A stretch of DNA of 64,000 nt from the NCBI GenBank assembly GCA_001599295.1, contig BCGN01000001.1, positions 186,001 to 250,000 on the forward strand. Direction: 5' to 3'. Positions 1 through 13,709 of this stretch are shown one piece after another. The translations under genes and the position numbers were made by a program. The stretch is from Sporopachydermia quercuum. Taxonomy: Eukaryota. The first letter of the stretch is position 1. Each line of letters begins with the position of its first letter. The notes beneath the pieces are model-generated. The model saw only the letters and a list, made by a program, of their open reading frames with translations. It was not told the origin of the DNA and searched no databases.

Positions 1-2
1 CT

Positions 3-656
3 GCTTCCGAGAACTTCTTGAAATGGATAGAATCCCGAGCTTATTTAGTAAAAAGCTTATCGGAGTTCAAATTCATCGACTGTAACGGTATAGATCAAGG
101 AATAAATATACGGCAGAAAGCATTAGATATCTGTGTGCTACTATCGAATGAAGAGGCGCTAGAGAACAAACGGGTAGAATTTCACAAGCTGCGGTCACGG
201 ATGTCTAAACCAGGAATTCTAGAGTCTGCTCGGAAAACTCCGGGTAGAAATAGTATAGATGTGGCAGGATGTAAACGGATAAGAATGGGAATGGCAGATA
301 TAATATCGGAAGAAAACGGAGACTCGGAAGAAGATGAGTTGTATCAGGCGTTAGGAAGTTCTCCGTTAATGGCAAATCCAGAAATGCTTACATCCGATCG
401 GCTTAATGAGGTGGTTTTGCCGGTTAATTTGGATTGGGATGCGTTAGCTCGCAGTAAATCGGGAAGTTCTCGGTACAAAAATAAGGGCAAGAATCGGAAT
501 ACTGTAGATTCAGTAATATCTCCGGCTTATTCCCGGGCTACTCCCTGGGCGGGAAGAATGACTTCGGCTTCATTGGATATTCCTCGGGATCAATTCACCC
601 GAAGCTTTAATTTATCAGAAAACCCGATCTCTGAATCGGAAGAACGCAGGTTGTAG
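3..656 (+). CDS. ENTH/epsin-family protein (Ent4-like), 5'-truncated by window edge
   Basis: Frame open from position 3: ASENFLKWIESRAYLVKSLSEFKFIDCNGIDQGINIRQKA matches the C-terminal ENTH helices (GSENF..W...F.YID..G.DQGINVR), followed by a disordered tail. Confidence 0.75.
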   Translation, partial: ASENFLKWIESRAYLVKSLSEFKFIDCNGIDQGINIRQKALDICVLLSNEEALENKRVEFHKLRSRMSKPGILESARKTPGRNSIDVAGCKRIRMGMADIISEENGDSEEDELYQALGSSPLMANPEMLTSDRLNEVVLPVNLDWDALARSKSGSSRYKNKGKNRNTVDSVISPAYSRATPWAGRMTSASLDIPRDQFTRSFNLSENPISESEERRL

Positions 657-1194
657 AATAGTTTGGGCGGAAAGAGAAGAAACATGGATAACTCTAGAGG
701 AAAGACCGGAAAAAGTAGCGGAACATCGGGTTGAATTACGGCGCTAATATATAGAAATTAAGAAGAATCTTCAGAAGCTCGAAGTATTGCTTTTCCGGAA
801 ATGGGGTTGCATAATAAATGAGTAATTATGGCACAAAAGCATATTATGAAGTATAAGCTAAAGATTTGCAATTAAATTAGGTAATTGTATCCAAATTCAG
901 TAGTCAATTTAGTTATATTCCTCAAAATGAAACAAGTTTTTGCTTATTTGAAGCATTTCATTTACTTTGGATCATACTTTCCGTCCTTACTCGAAATTAG
1001 ATACGAAAATCACCTTATTTGAAATCATTTACTTTCTAGTCAACCAAAATTATCCTAGTTCAGCAATTCTACTAGTTCTCTTCTTCCTGAAACGATAAAA
1101 TATCTCAATTTGTTTGCCTCTTTCAGCAGAATATGAACAAACATGATTAGCTTTATATACATAACTTACTCCTCTTTTCAACTTTCGACTTTAC

Positions 1195-2883
1195 TTACTC
1201 CACCACATCCAACCCGACGATCTCCTCAAACAACTCGGCACAAGGGACATTAGCATTCATTCGTGCACACAATAAAAATGATCCCGAGAATTTCCGGTGT
1301 AAACTATACGTCTCCTCTGGTGGAGGGGTTAACCGTTGCTGTAACATAACACCGATATTAGCCCGAACCCTATTGGTTATATCCTGATTACTGAAATCAA
1401 ACCCTTTCCCGCGGTTCTCCTTACTGAAGGGTTCACCTAGTACAAGCATGGAATCCACATGAGCATCCTTCATAGTTTCCGTTTCCATTCCAGTGAGATA
1501 TCCGAGTTTTAACGAGTACTTTTCACATAAGACTCTATCCTGTTTTACTGCGGCTCGGAGACAGTTTAGGTAATTGTGAATAAACTTCTCCGAGAATTCT
1601 CGAGCAGATCCGAAGTCCAAAAGCTCGATCTTACCCGTTTTCTCATTATACAAGAAATTTGCCCAATTCGGATCAGTTTGCATAAACTTGAATTTAGCTA
1701 TTTCAAGCAAACAAAGTCTCATTATATTTGTGGCAATCCAATTCTTTGTGGCTTGGTTCCAATCTCCTTTCACAATCTCAGTTCCTTCCATTTTCTCCAT
1801 GGTAAGCACGTTACTACCCGATAAATCATGAANCACTTGAGGAACCACAAATACTTCGTCCCGAGATTCCAAAAGTAAGTTTCGGAACCTTTCAAGATTT
1901 TGTGCTTCTCGGATATAATCACATTCCCATTTCAGTTCCATCCGGGCGTTATCTACCGATTGTCGGAGAAACAGCCCATCAGGGAGCATCCGAGAAGCAG
2001 TAAGTAACATCAACAGGTTATTCAAATCGGAATCAATGGAATCAGCAACTCCGGGATATTGGATTTTTACTACTACTTTAGAATGGTCTTTTAAAGTTAC
2101 TGCTTCGTGAACTTGACCGATAGAAGCCGCGGCGAGCGGAATATCCGTAAACGAGCTAAAATACTTGTTACGCCATCCGTGTCCCAATTCAGATACCATA
2201 ACTCTTTCCAACTGTCCTCTCGGCATATAATGAGCCGAGTTTTGAACCCGTAACAGGATTTTCTGGATTTCGGGAGGGAGAACCTTATTTTCCTGGAAAC
2301 TAAGCATTTGACCTAGTTTTAACGCAGCACCCCGCATTTGGGAGAACTTCTTAGCCATCCGTTCGATGTTTGCGGGGGTGAAGATAAGAGACCGGGAGGA
2401 GTTTTCCGAATGAGAATTGTCCCGAGAAGCTAATCTCCGTAGAGATTCTGAGACAACTCCAACGCCCAAGCCTGTTGCTAAAGAGCCATAATGTACTAAT
2501 CGGCTTAATCTTGAAGACGGAACTTCCGATGATTCTAATTCAAACTCTGGTTTTACTTTTTCTCCGATAACTTCTGTTGGTTTTTTACCTGATTGGGAGT
2601 CAGAAGAGTATTGGCGAATTTGGCCAGTTGCCATAGATTTGCCGGGTTTTCGGGCGTTTACCCGAGGTCTTTGTCCTTTGATAGGTGATTCACTGNACCC
2701 CTCATTAGTAACGGCTGAAGATGGTTTGTGTACAGCACTGGCCGCCAACGAACAACCTTTGGTCAGCGAAGAAGTTTCCACAAAACGGGTTACAGCTTCG
2801 GCTTGAATTTTTAAGCTTTCGGAGGCCACTTTTGAGATTCCGAGAGCCAGAGATCCGAGCTCATATAGTCGAACGCCAATCAT
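1195..2883 (-). CDS. COQ8: ABC1/ADCK3 atypical kinase, coenzyme Q biosynthesis
   Basis: [13 protein letters not shown] (KxGQ), [55 protein letters not shown]. Confidence 0.95.
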   Translation of the reverse strand: MIGVRLYELGSLALGISKVASESLKIQAEAVTRFVETSSLTKGCSLAASAVHKPSSAVTNEGXSESPIKGQRPRVNARKPGKSMATGQIRQYSSDSQSGKKPTEVIGEKVKPEFELESSEVPSSRLSRLVHYGSLATGLGVGVVSESLRRLASRDNSHSENSSRSLIFTPANIERMAKKFSQMRGAALKLGQMLSFQENKVLPPEIQKILLRVQNSAHYMPRGQLERVMVSELGHGWRNKYFSSFTDIPLAAASIGQVHEAVTLKDHSKVVVKIQYPGVADSIDSDLNNLLMLLTASRMLPDGLFLRQSVDNARMELKWECDYIREAQNLERFRNLLLESRDEVFVVPQVXHDLSGSNVLTMEKMEGTEIVKGDWNQATKNWIATNIMRLCLLEIAKFKFMQTDPNWANFLYNEKTGKIELLDFGSAREFSEKFIHNYLNCLRAAVKQDRVLCEKYSLKLGYLTGMETETMKDAHVDSMLVLGEPFSKENRGKGFDFSNQDITNRVRANIGVMLQQRLTPPPEETYSLHRKFSGSFLLCARMNANVPCAELFEEIVGLDVVE

Positions 2884-3160
2884 GGTACCAGGAGACGTTG
2901 GGACTTTCCAAGGATTAAGGTTCTTGTTGCGAGTTAGAAGTAAATACGCTAGTGCGATCCAAAGTCTTAAATCCGGTTCCCTGTAACTCCGGTTTTCTGA
3001 AGTTCAGATCAAAACGGAAAACAGGAGTCGTGATTCATCGAAGTAGCAGATAAATAAAAAGAATGGATTTGTATTTGATATTTGATGATTTTCTGTGGTT
3101 TTTTTCAACCGTCAATTGAGGATGATTAGTTGATTATGTGATATATATATATATATATGA

Positions 3161-3167
3161 TCACGTG
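3161..3167. promoter_or_regulatory. TCACGTG bHLH (Cbf1/Tye7-type) site next to an (AT)n tract in the divergent COQ8/PRP43 promoter
   Basis: Exact TCACGTG immediately after an (AT)n run at about 3142-3158; function is inferred. Confidence 0.4.
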
Positions 3168-3792
3168 GAAATGGTTTAATGTGATTAGGTGATCATATAA
3201 TAAGAGGATGATAAACAAAGGTACGTATGAGTTCTTACATGTATGCGGATAAACCTGATTGAAATTTGTCATAATATTCGTATTATTGTAGCTAATCCAT
3301 TGAATTTAGACATATCTCGAAACAATAACTAGTCTTCATAAACTGTATGTGTTCTTCTTTATTCACTCCTCTGGCTACAATCAATTCCTCGGTATCACAT
3401 CATTTCCTTTTTATGAGTATCATCCCCGTATTAGCCACCATTGTCTCCGGGAATATCTGCCTACCCGAACAGGTACTTTATTCCATTTTAAGTATTGTTT
3501 TACCTAAACAGTATCTCCCTTCCTATTCAATACTCAAACTTTCACTTACTTTTAAAAAAATTTATATAGAGAGAGACAAATTGCTGCTTATTTCTCATTC
3601 TCTAGTCTATCAAAACAATGAAACAAAACATCTATCAACAGCTTTTCTCTTGTTTCAGCAAAATTTCCCTCATATTATTCTCCCATATAACGTTGGATTG
3701 TTTGGATTGTCTATATGTATANATCTACTATTTCATCAGAAGCCACCAATCCCCACATTGTATCCGCTTTAAGCAATACCTTTTTATCANAC

Positions 3793-6141
<2,349 letters not shown>

Positions 6142-8001
6142 TTCATTTGATTGAAAAATAGGAAGATCTAGTTAGTTTATTAGGTCACTAGTGATTTATA
6201 TGAAGAAGAGTGACATTTAGCTTAAGAGTTGTATAGTACTTCTACTTGGCATATATGATAGATATACATAAGGAAATTTGAATGATTTATTTTCAAGCAC
6301 TTAAAGAGAATCATCGGTAGAAACTTATAAGAATCAAATTTATTGAAGTGCTGAATAGTTTTATTGCTTTTATTTCAATGCTTATCTTTGTAAATAAGCT
6401 GTGATAGAATACCCATAGTAAACCCTATCGAGAGATCAGTTACTTAAAGCGGTAATAATGGAGATAATTTATTATGCATTATAATGTATTTTGAATTTAA
6501 GGTTCAGGGCTAGCTCTGTAACTGTAATTCTTCATTTCCGGTAATGAGTGTTTTATTAAAATTTATTAAGCTTTCTTGTATTAAAACAAGTAGTTAATTG
6601 TAATAAATTCTCCTACTACTCAATTATCTAGGAATTTCAATTCTTCATAATAATTCAATCGCAATCATCTCAGTAAACCGTATTGTATTACCATCCATCC
6701 ATACAGCATAGTTTTAGAACTTTATTTGATATTTACACAGACTAGTATGATAAGTAGGTTTCCCTCTTAATTTTGATACTACTCCATTTGAGTAATTATT
6801 ACTATTTTAAATCTTTCTACATCGGGATTCCTTCGCATGCAAATTTTCTTCGGCTTTTCCTGAGTTATTTTTTGCAATAAAGAAGTGAATCATTATAGCA
6901 ATGAAACTTGAAACTATTAGCGTACTGCTTTAAGAAGTTTCTNTATTCTATCTAAAAAAGTATAGATTTTGATTATTGCTCGCCTCCATTTCGTGGGCTT
7001 CCATATCGAGGAAATAAGGTCCACCGACTATGTATAAATCATGCAATCTTCATGCAATTGTTATGCAATCATTATGCGAATTTCCTACTGTATTGTTATA
7101 GGGTATACAGCTATCAATCATTACACTATTAACATTAACACTGACACAAAGTCTACATGTTCTCAGTAGTATCTGAAATATTCATACATTTGCCACATCT
7201 CTATAAATATCACTAGTATGAAATTTTCTTCCACCTACGATTAGAATAATCGTCAACATCACTTTATACCTTCATATAGCTATCGTATCTTCAGATATGC
7301 CCACAGGTAAACCCAACTCCTAACCCTGCATAAAATCATGCACTGATTATGCACATATCATGCATAATCAGCGTATACTCGCAAAACCTTATTGTCCCAT
7401 CAGATCTCTTCGCTTCTTTTTTGTTTTCTGTAAGTGTTTGCCTTTTTTCTTCCTCTTCATCATTGTTTGTTTGTTCTCCATAATTGCTGAATTTTTATGT
7501 TACTATCGCAGGTGACTGTTTAATTTATTGCTGTTATCAGGCTTCACTTTGTTCCTATTATAACTCTTGCTACTGGTCTCTTTTCTGCGATTCATAACCG
7601 CATGTTTTCAGTGGAACTGCTGTAGGTAGATCAACCATATAGTAGCAGAAGAAGTAAATTAAATGTTATAGTAGCAGGAGAAGAAAGGAAATACAAATAT
7701 ATATTAAGCAGAACGGTGGAGGTTATTAATTTTTGGATATTATTTGATCAAAAGAAGTTTAGTTATTTATTTTAGAGCGTCGATTCTTTTTTTGGAGGAT
7801 TTTGAGCCGATAATGGTGGCTCTGTTACATCAGTTGCAATTGTGTGTTTGTATTGTTGAGGAAAGTGGTTCCTCTAGGATTTGTTTTTGAAACGTGCTCA
7901 AGAAGCTGGGACAAGACAGTGTAGCTTGGGAAGCTGTTCAGGTAGATCAGCTAAAGTTTTAACCAGAATTTCTGTGGCTCAGCTGATAGTTTTAGGTCGC
8001 A

Positions 8002-11000
8002 ATGGTCACAATGGATAACAATTTACAAACAAAAGATAGCACACCTACGCCTAGTGGCAATCACCATAGCAATAATAATAATAGAAACAATATCAGAAAC
8101 AGTGAATTGTCTGCCACACAAGATCCCAATTCGTCAACAAGCTCGACACAGACTTCCGGTTTGAACTTTTCGGAACGACTAATGAAAAGCAGAAGCACTA
8201 TCCTTTCCGCTATTTCAAACCTATCGCCTATAAAACCTCAATCAGGGTCCAACAATTTCGGAGATGATGAGTCGAATATAGGAAATGATATTTCTTTTGA
8301 CGAAGACGCTCGTTTGTACAATCAAAGCCAGGAAATCCTAATTTCAGCCGACATAAATCGGCGTCGGATGCAATCTCCGCTCCCGGCCCAGCTCCAAGAT
8401 CAACTTCCTCTTCCTGTTTCTGCCGGTTCCGAGATAGGACCCGAAGAGTCATACATTTCATTAAATCAGGACCATGACTTCGAAGACCGGAAGCCGAACG
8501 CTGATCAGGAACAATTAAATGGAAGCGAAGAAAGCATTTACTCCGATGCCGAACTCGGCTCAGATTTGGAATCTTCCCGAAAGCCACAAAGACCAGGTCT
8601 GGGTAATAGGTTCCCTTCTGAAGCCAGAATGGGTAACTCGGAATCTAAAGTTGAAAATATGTGGTCTTCAACTTACAAATTACCTCATAGGCTTATCCGT
8701 CAAGGATCTCTGATATGGGCAGAAACCGGAGAAAGAATTCGACGAGTAATAACGCTATCTCAGCATCCTATTCTACCCGATATCTCTTCCAGTTTCCCTT
8801 CCGAGCATACTGCATTACTATCAACATCTTCTCGGCAATCAACTGTTCGGCCTGTAAATTCCTCTCATTCGGCCTCCACTTCCGTGCCAGCAGCTCTCTC
8901 AACTTCCGCTAACTATTCCGCCATTCATTCTTCTTCCGACTCTTATCCGTCAGCTCCCAATCTTCCCCATTTTCCTCTCACTACCCCGCCAAACAACCTT
9001 TATATGAAATCAAAACAACTCTTCTCCGATTCTATCCACAACCCAAACACCAAATTAATTTTAAAGTGCGCTCTTACTTATCTTTTAGCGTCACAAGCAG
9101 TTTATTTCACCCCGCTGTCAAAACTATTTGGTACAAGTGATCAAAAGCATTTAGCGTGTACAACTGCGGTTTATTTCCATCCAGCAAGAACCAAAGGCTC
9201 AATGCACGAATCAGTTGGGTTTGTCGCGGCTTCATTACTCTTTTCTTTCACTATAAGTACCCTTACAATGCTGCTTTCTGCTTCTTTTTACCGAAATGGA
9301 AACGTCTCAATAAGCATTTTCACCGATGTGGTATCTACCGCTGCCGTTTTAGGATTCATCTCCTACATGAAGCAAAAAGTAAACAAACCTACTTTCAACA
9401 CCGCTTGTTCGTTGGCGGCTATTACGCTTATTTCGGTCGTGGTGAAAGAAGGTTCAACCAATTCCGATTCCGTTCCTTTTGATAAGCTACTAGTTATCTT
9501 CCGATTAGTACTGTTCGGGGTTGTTCTAGTTATCATTATATGTTATATTCTGTGGCCGAAGAATGCAACGAGAGAATTAAGAAAGAATCTTAATAACTCT
9601 ACAGAATTACTATCGGCATTACTATCAATCATACCACAAAAGTTTCTTAATGGCGAGAGCATTGATAGTAATGAATATTATGTAATAGAGAACAGGTTAA
9701 AAGTGTCAATTAACTCACTGAATATGCATTTAATGGATTCAAGGTATGAGTTATTATTGAGAGGCCGAGAAGATGAGTATGAAATGTTGGACGATTTAGT
9801 TGATTCTGTCAAGAAGATGAGTTTACATGTTGGAGGTCTAAAATCGAGTGTTGAGATGCAGTGGCGGTTATTAGCAAGTGCAGCAGCAGAAGCGGAAGCG
9901 AAAGTGAAAGCACGTGCTGAGACGAGATTGAGCTCTAATAATGGTAGTGGTAATAATTCTAATCTCGAGATAATTACCGAGGATCCTAAAAGCAGATCTG
10001 ATGCTCGTGTTGACTCGGAACTGAGATCAGAAACAGATAGCAGGTCCGAAAAGGAGATGGCCAATTCAACGCAAGAGGACTCAATTCCGGATACAAATAT
10101 TCAAATAGAAAGAAAACAGGGTAAAGTTTCAGAACCTGAATTGGAAGCTAACCCAACAACGGAAATAGTAATGGATAACGCTCCTAATTTTTCATCATAT
10201 GGAAACAAAGTTCGCGATATTGAAGCCAATTCGGAACAAAATTCAACCCGAACTTCTCAATTAGGAAGTCCGGCATTTCCACAGAAATCCGTAAAGGGTA
10301 AAGAATACCCTTCGAACCACAATCCTACCATCCAAGAATCCATATTAGGAAATAATTCCGAAATCTCGGACGTTTCACCCGATTCAGATATTTTCAATTC
10401 TATTGGGATATCAACTGTTTCCGAAACGGAAAATATTACTAATTCAGGTAACCCCAACTCTAACATCTATAACAATGTTCCTAAACGGCAAATCATTAAG
10501 GCTCCTTCCACATCAAACTCCGCCAAGCTTCCCAATTCAGCTGCTACCGCCACACCCACTACGTCTTCGGCAAACCTGAAATCCCCGCTTCCAAATCAAG
10601 CAACCGACGCAGCACAGCTCTTCGACCTTTTCGTTTACTACCTCGGTCCACCCATAAAATCGTTCTCTTTCACTTTGAGAGAGATCCTCTTAGCTATCCC
10701 TTTTGGGACCAAGCCTAATTACTCAATTAGGAATAATAACCAATACAAACTATCGCTGAAATTAGCTAGAAACTTGTATCATGAGGCGAGAGACCAAGCG
10801 TTAGGGAAACTCTACTCCCAGAATTTATTCACTAAAGCCAAACAGTTTGGCATTGTTGAATATGAGGAGGAAGTTGTGGCTAGTTGTGGTAACTTTTCAT
10901 GGGTTTTAGGAGATTTTGCTGATGAATTAGATGCTTTTTTAGGGATACTGAATGAGTATGAAGAAATGAAATGCGGAACTGGAGACGGAAGCGGAAGTGA

Positions 11001-13008
11001 AAGTGAAAACAGAAGTGGAAGAGGGAAAAGAAGCTGGAAATGGCTTCGGTTTTGGGACCAGAGTTACCAGTTAGGGAAAAACACGGATCGACTGAATGTG
11101 GACGATATCTTGAACACCGGAGGGGGAATTGGGGACACTGGGTATAGAAACAATAAGAAAAACATGAGAATTGGTGTCGGTAACGAAACAGATTATCTCC
11201 AGAGTTTTAACTCCGAATACAACGGATCTGTCGGATCTGTCAGATCTGTCAGATCAACTAACTCGCCCTATAAAGCATATAGCATGTTCGGGAACTCACC
11301 GATAAACAAAACAACCGGAATTCAAACAACCCGACCGACCGGGGACGCAGAAAACATCAATGNGGAAATCTCAAAGCTCCAATTGGCTTCGATAGAGAAA
11401 ACCGCGGCCTCCTCGACTTCAAATAACCGAAATTTCCCACTTTCTCTCTCGTTCCAACTATACAAATTCTCCCTTATCCTACGGAAGGCGGAAGTACAAT
11501 TCGGTTTCCGAGTCGGCCTAGGATCATTGGTTCTGTCACTATTAGCTTTCCTCCCTGCTACGAAATCATACTTCCGTGCTATGAGAGGTGAATGGGTACT
11601 GGTTACCTATTCAATTATCATGAATAAGAGCCTTGGAGGTACCTCCATGACTGTAAAGTTCCGAATCTTCGGAACGTTTCTCGGAGCGTTTGCCGCATAT
11701 TTATGTTATAATCTATTCAACGGGAACCCTGTTTTACTATCAATCTCGGGCTTTCTCATCGCTATTCCCTGTTTTTACATAATTTTGGTATGGAAAGCAA
11801 ACAATGCATTTGGAAGATTCATTCTATTGACGTATAATCTGTCTTGTCTATACAGTTATTCAGTTGCACAATCAGACAATGAAGATAATGACGAAGGTGG
11901 AGATACACCATACATTGGGGAAATTTCTGTTCACAGATTCATTGCAGTGTTATTAGGAATTGTATGGGCATTGATGATTACGTTAACTATTTTTCCAAGT
12001 ACTTCTAGAAGCCGATTGAGAACAGGATTATGTATTGTATGGTTAAGATTAGGAGTTACCTGGAACCGGAATCCATTGAGTTATTATGAGATTTTACCAC
12101 CAAGAGAAGAGTTTTCATCGTTTGCTGATTTGGAAAGACAAGAAAGGAAAGGAAGGAAGGAAAAGAATGGGAAAGACAAAGGAAAGGGAATAGGAATAGG
12201 AATAGGAATTGGGAAATGGAATAGTGGATTATTTGGGTATAAAAACGACCATCAACAAGGAATAGGTAATGGTTTGAATTATTCATTAGAGGAGAGCTAT
12301 AAAAATGGAAAAAGTCCCACTATCAGACACGTTACTGGCAATATCAATAATACCATTCCTTGTCCTAACGGTGGTTATAGCCCTGCTTCTGCTTCTTCGA
12401 AATACCCTGTTCCTACCCCTAATTCTCACCATCATCCGAATCATGTTCCTACTCTGAAAACGTATGGTCTGGTTGGAATTGGTAATCAAAAAGCTATTCA
12501 GCAGCTAATGTTCGAACTGGAAACATTACTTAAATTTGCCCCGAAAGAGCCGAGATTGAAAGGACCCTTCCCTACGGATAAATATCACCAACTGTTGAAA
12601 TCAACTCAAGCAATAGTTGATGCGTTCCAAAACATTAGTGGACTCATTTCTGTCGATCCTGTATTGACTGAGAATGAAATAAAAGTACTTAACTACACAT
12701 TAGCAGAGAGAAAAGAACTGGAAAACAGATTATTTCTTATCTTTTATATGGTTGCATCAGCATTGAAACTAGGATTCCCATTGCCCAGGTCCCCAGCATC
12801 AATTGAGCATGCTAGGAAGAGAATGCTGATGAAATTGAATGAAATAAGAATAAAAGACTCTGATCATGCTTTAGATGAAAGTGATTTTATCCTGTTATAT
12901 TCATATATATTAGTTACCAGTATAATTTCTGATGAACTGCAGAATATAGCAAAAGTTGTCCAGGAATTATACGGTAATGTTGAAGAAGATATGTTGGTTC
13001 TACTATGA
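8002..13008 (+). CDS. Large multi-pass membrane protein, aromatic-acid-exporter/FUSC-like (YGL140C/Bre4 superfamily)
   Basis: 1668 aa with two hydrophobic TM clusters (YFHPARTKGSM; RGEWVLVTYSIIMNKSLGGT..FRIFGTFLGA) and C-terminal APKEPRLKGPFP, separated by long S/N-rich linkers. Confidence 0.8.
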   Translation: MVTMDNNLQTKDSTPTPSGNHHSNNNNRNNIRNSELSATQDPNSSTSSTQTSGLNFSERLMKSRSTILSAISNLSPIKPQSGSNNFGDDESNIGNDISFDEDARLYNQSQEILISADINRRRMQSPLPAQLQDQLPLPVSAGSEIGPEESYISLNQDHDFEDRKPNADQEQLNGSEESIYSDAELGSDLESSRKPQRPGLGNRFPSEARMGNSESKVENMWSSTYKLPHRLIRQGSLIWAETGERIRRVITLSQHPILPDISSSFPSEHTALLSTSSRQSTVRPVNSSHSASTSVPAALSTSANYSAIHSSSDSYPSAPNLPHFPLTTPPNNLYMKSKQLFSDSIHNPNTKLILKCALTYLLASQAVYFTPLSKLFGTSDQKHLACTTAVYFHPARTKGSMHESVGFVAASLLFSFTISTLTMLLSASFYRNGNVSISIFTDVVSTAAVLGFISYMKQKVNKPTFNTACSLAAITLISVVVKEGSTNSDSVPFDKLLVIFRLVLFGVVLVIIICYILWPKNATRELRKNLNNSTELLSALLSIIPQKFLNGESIDSNEYYVIENRLKVSINSLNMHLMDSRYELLLRGREDEYEMLDDLVDSVKKMSLHVGGLKSSVEMQWRLLASAAAEAEAKVKARAETRLSSNNGSGNNSNLEIITEDPKSRSDARVDSELRSETDSRSEKEMANSTQEDSIPDTNIQIERKQGKVSEPELEANPTTEIVMDNAPNFSSYGNKVRDIEANSEQNSTRTSQLGSPAFPQKSVKGKEYPSNHNPTIQESILGNNSEISDVSPDSDIFNSIGISTVSETENITNSGNPNSNIYNNVPKRQIIKAPSTSNSAKLPNSAATATPTTSSANLKSPLPNQATDAAQLFDLFVYYLGPPIKSFSFTLREILLAIPFGTKPNYSIRNNNQYKLSLKLARNLYHEARDQALGKLYSQNLFTKAKQFGIVEYEEEVVASCGNFSWVLGDFADELDAFLGILNEYEEMKCGTGDGSGSESENRSGRGKRSWKWLRFWDQSYQLGKNTDRLNVDDILNTGGGIGDTGYRNNKKNMRIGVGNETDYLQSFNSEYNGSVGSVRSVRSTNSPYKAYSMFGNSPINKTTGIQTTRPTGDAENINXEISKLQLASIEKTAASSTSNNRNFPLSLSFQLYKFSLILRKAEVQFGFRVGLGSLVLSLLAFLPATKSYFRAMRGEWVLVTYSIIMNKSLGGTSMTVKFRIFGTFLGAFAAYLCYNLFNGNPVLLSISGFLIAIPCFYIILVWKANNAFGRFILLTYNLSCLYSYSVAQSDNEDNDEGGDTPYIGEISVHRFIAVLLGIVWALMITLTIFPSTSRSRLRTGLCIVWLRLGVTWNRNPLSYYEILPPREEFSSFADLERQERKGRKEKNGKDKGKGIGIGIGIGKWNSGLFGYKNDHQQGIGNGLNYSLEESYKNGKSPTIRHVTGNINNTIPCPNGGYSPASASSKYPVPTPNSHHHPNHVPTLKTYGLVGIGNQKAIQQLMFELETLLKFAPKEPRLKGPFPTDKYHQLLKSTQAIVDAFQNISGLISVDPVLTENEIKVLNYTLAERKELENRLFLIFYMVASALKLGFPLPRSPASIEHARKRMLMKLNEIRIKDSDHALDESDFILLYSYILVTSIISDELQNIAKVVQELYGNVEEDMLVLL

Positions 13009-13709
13009 TGTGTTTTGAACTGGAAAACTACATATATTAAATAAGTACACAATGATTTTCTCTTATTATTCTTCGTTCTTCTAATGTTCCTTCCGCTTCC
13101 CTTGGTGTTCCTAGTATGGTATATTGATGTGTAGTAATGTGAAATAGCTTAGGGGAAAAATCACAGCTAACTGTCCATTGTAGGAACAGATTCAGCTTTT
13201 CCAAGCACCAATGAAAGGTCTTTGGTCTTAGGAACAAGTGAAAAAGTGCATTATAGATGATTTTAAGTTGCAGTATCGTTCTCAATCTCTATTTTCCTTA
13301 TGTAGTATATTCCTAGTATAACTATATTTGATATATAATAAATAATAATGATACTATTGTGTTCTATGCATTCAGTACTTTTATGATTCATTCTACATTT
13401 TCAAAAAACCAAAATACCATAACACATCATGCAAATGTTTATTGATATTTCTAACACAATAAGTCGATAATATATAGCAGTTAATTTCAATGAAAACATA
13501 ACAAATATTCACATTGTCATCATACACTGCCATTATCTGCCTCCATTGCACAATAACGCAGTTATAAACATATTTACCAATCGCTTGATGCTTAATGTTT
13601 AATGCTTATCATCATAAAGTCAAAACTTCCATCAATTCTTTTTTCTAATCTCAAGTCACATTTAAATTCACATTCTTTTCAATTCACAATTTTGTTTTCA
13701 ATTGAATGT

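Noticed and set aside
3140..3300. Point-centromere CDEI (ATCACGTG) plus AT-rich DNA
   Set aside because: No >90% AT CDEII and no CDEIII (TGT..TG..TTCCGAA) at the right distance; the lineage is unlikely to have point centromeres
3347..3772. 141-aa ORF upstream of PRP43 and similar intergenic ORFs (24529-24978, 25972-26346, 56924-57250)
   Set aside because: Low-complexity F/L/I/S-rich translations of AT-rich or pyrimidine-rich promoter/UTR DNA with no family motifs
7430..7511. 5'-UTR intron of the ArAE/FUSC gene (GTAAGT...CGCAG)
   Set aside because: No convincing CTAAC/CTGAC branch point; plausible but unsupported without transcripts
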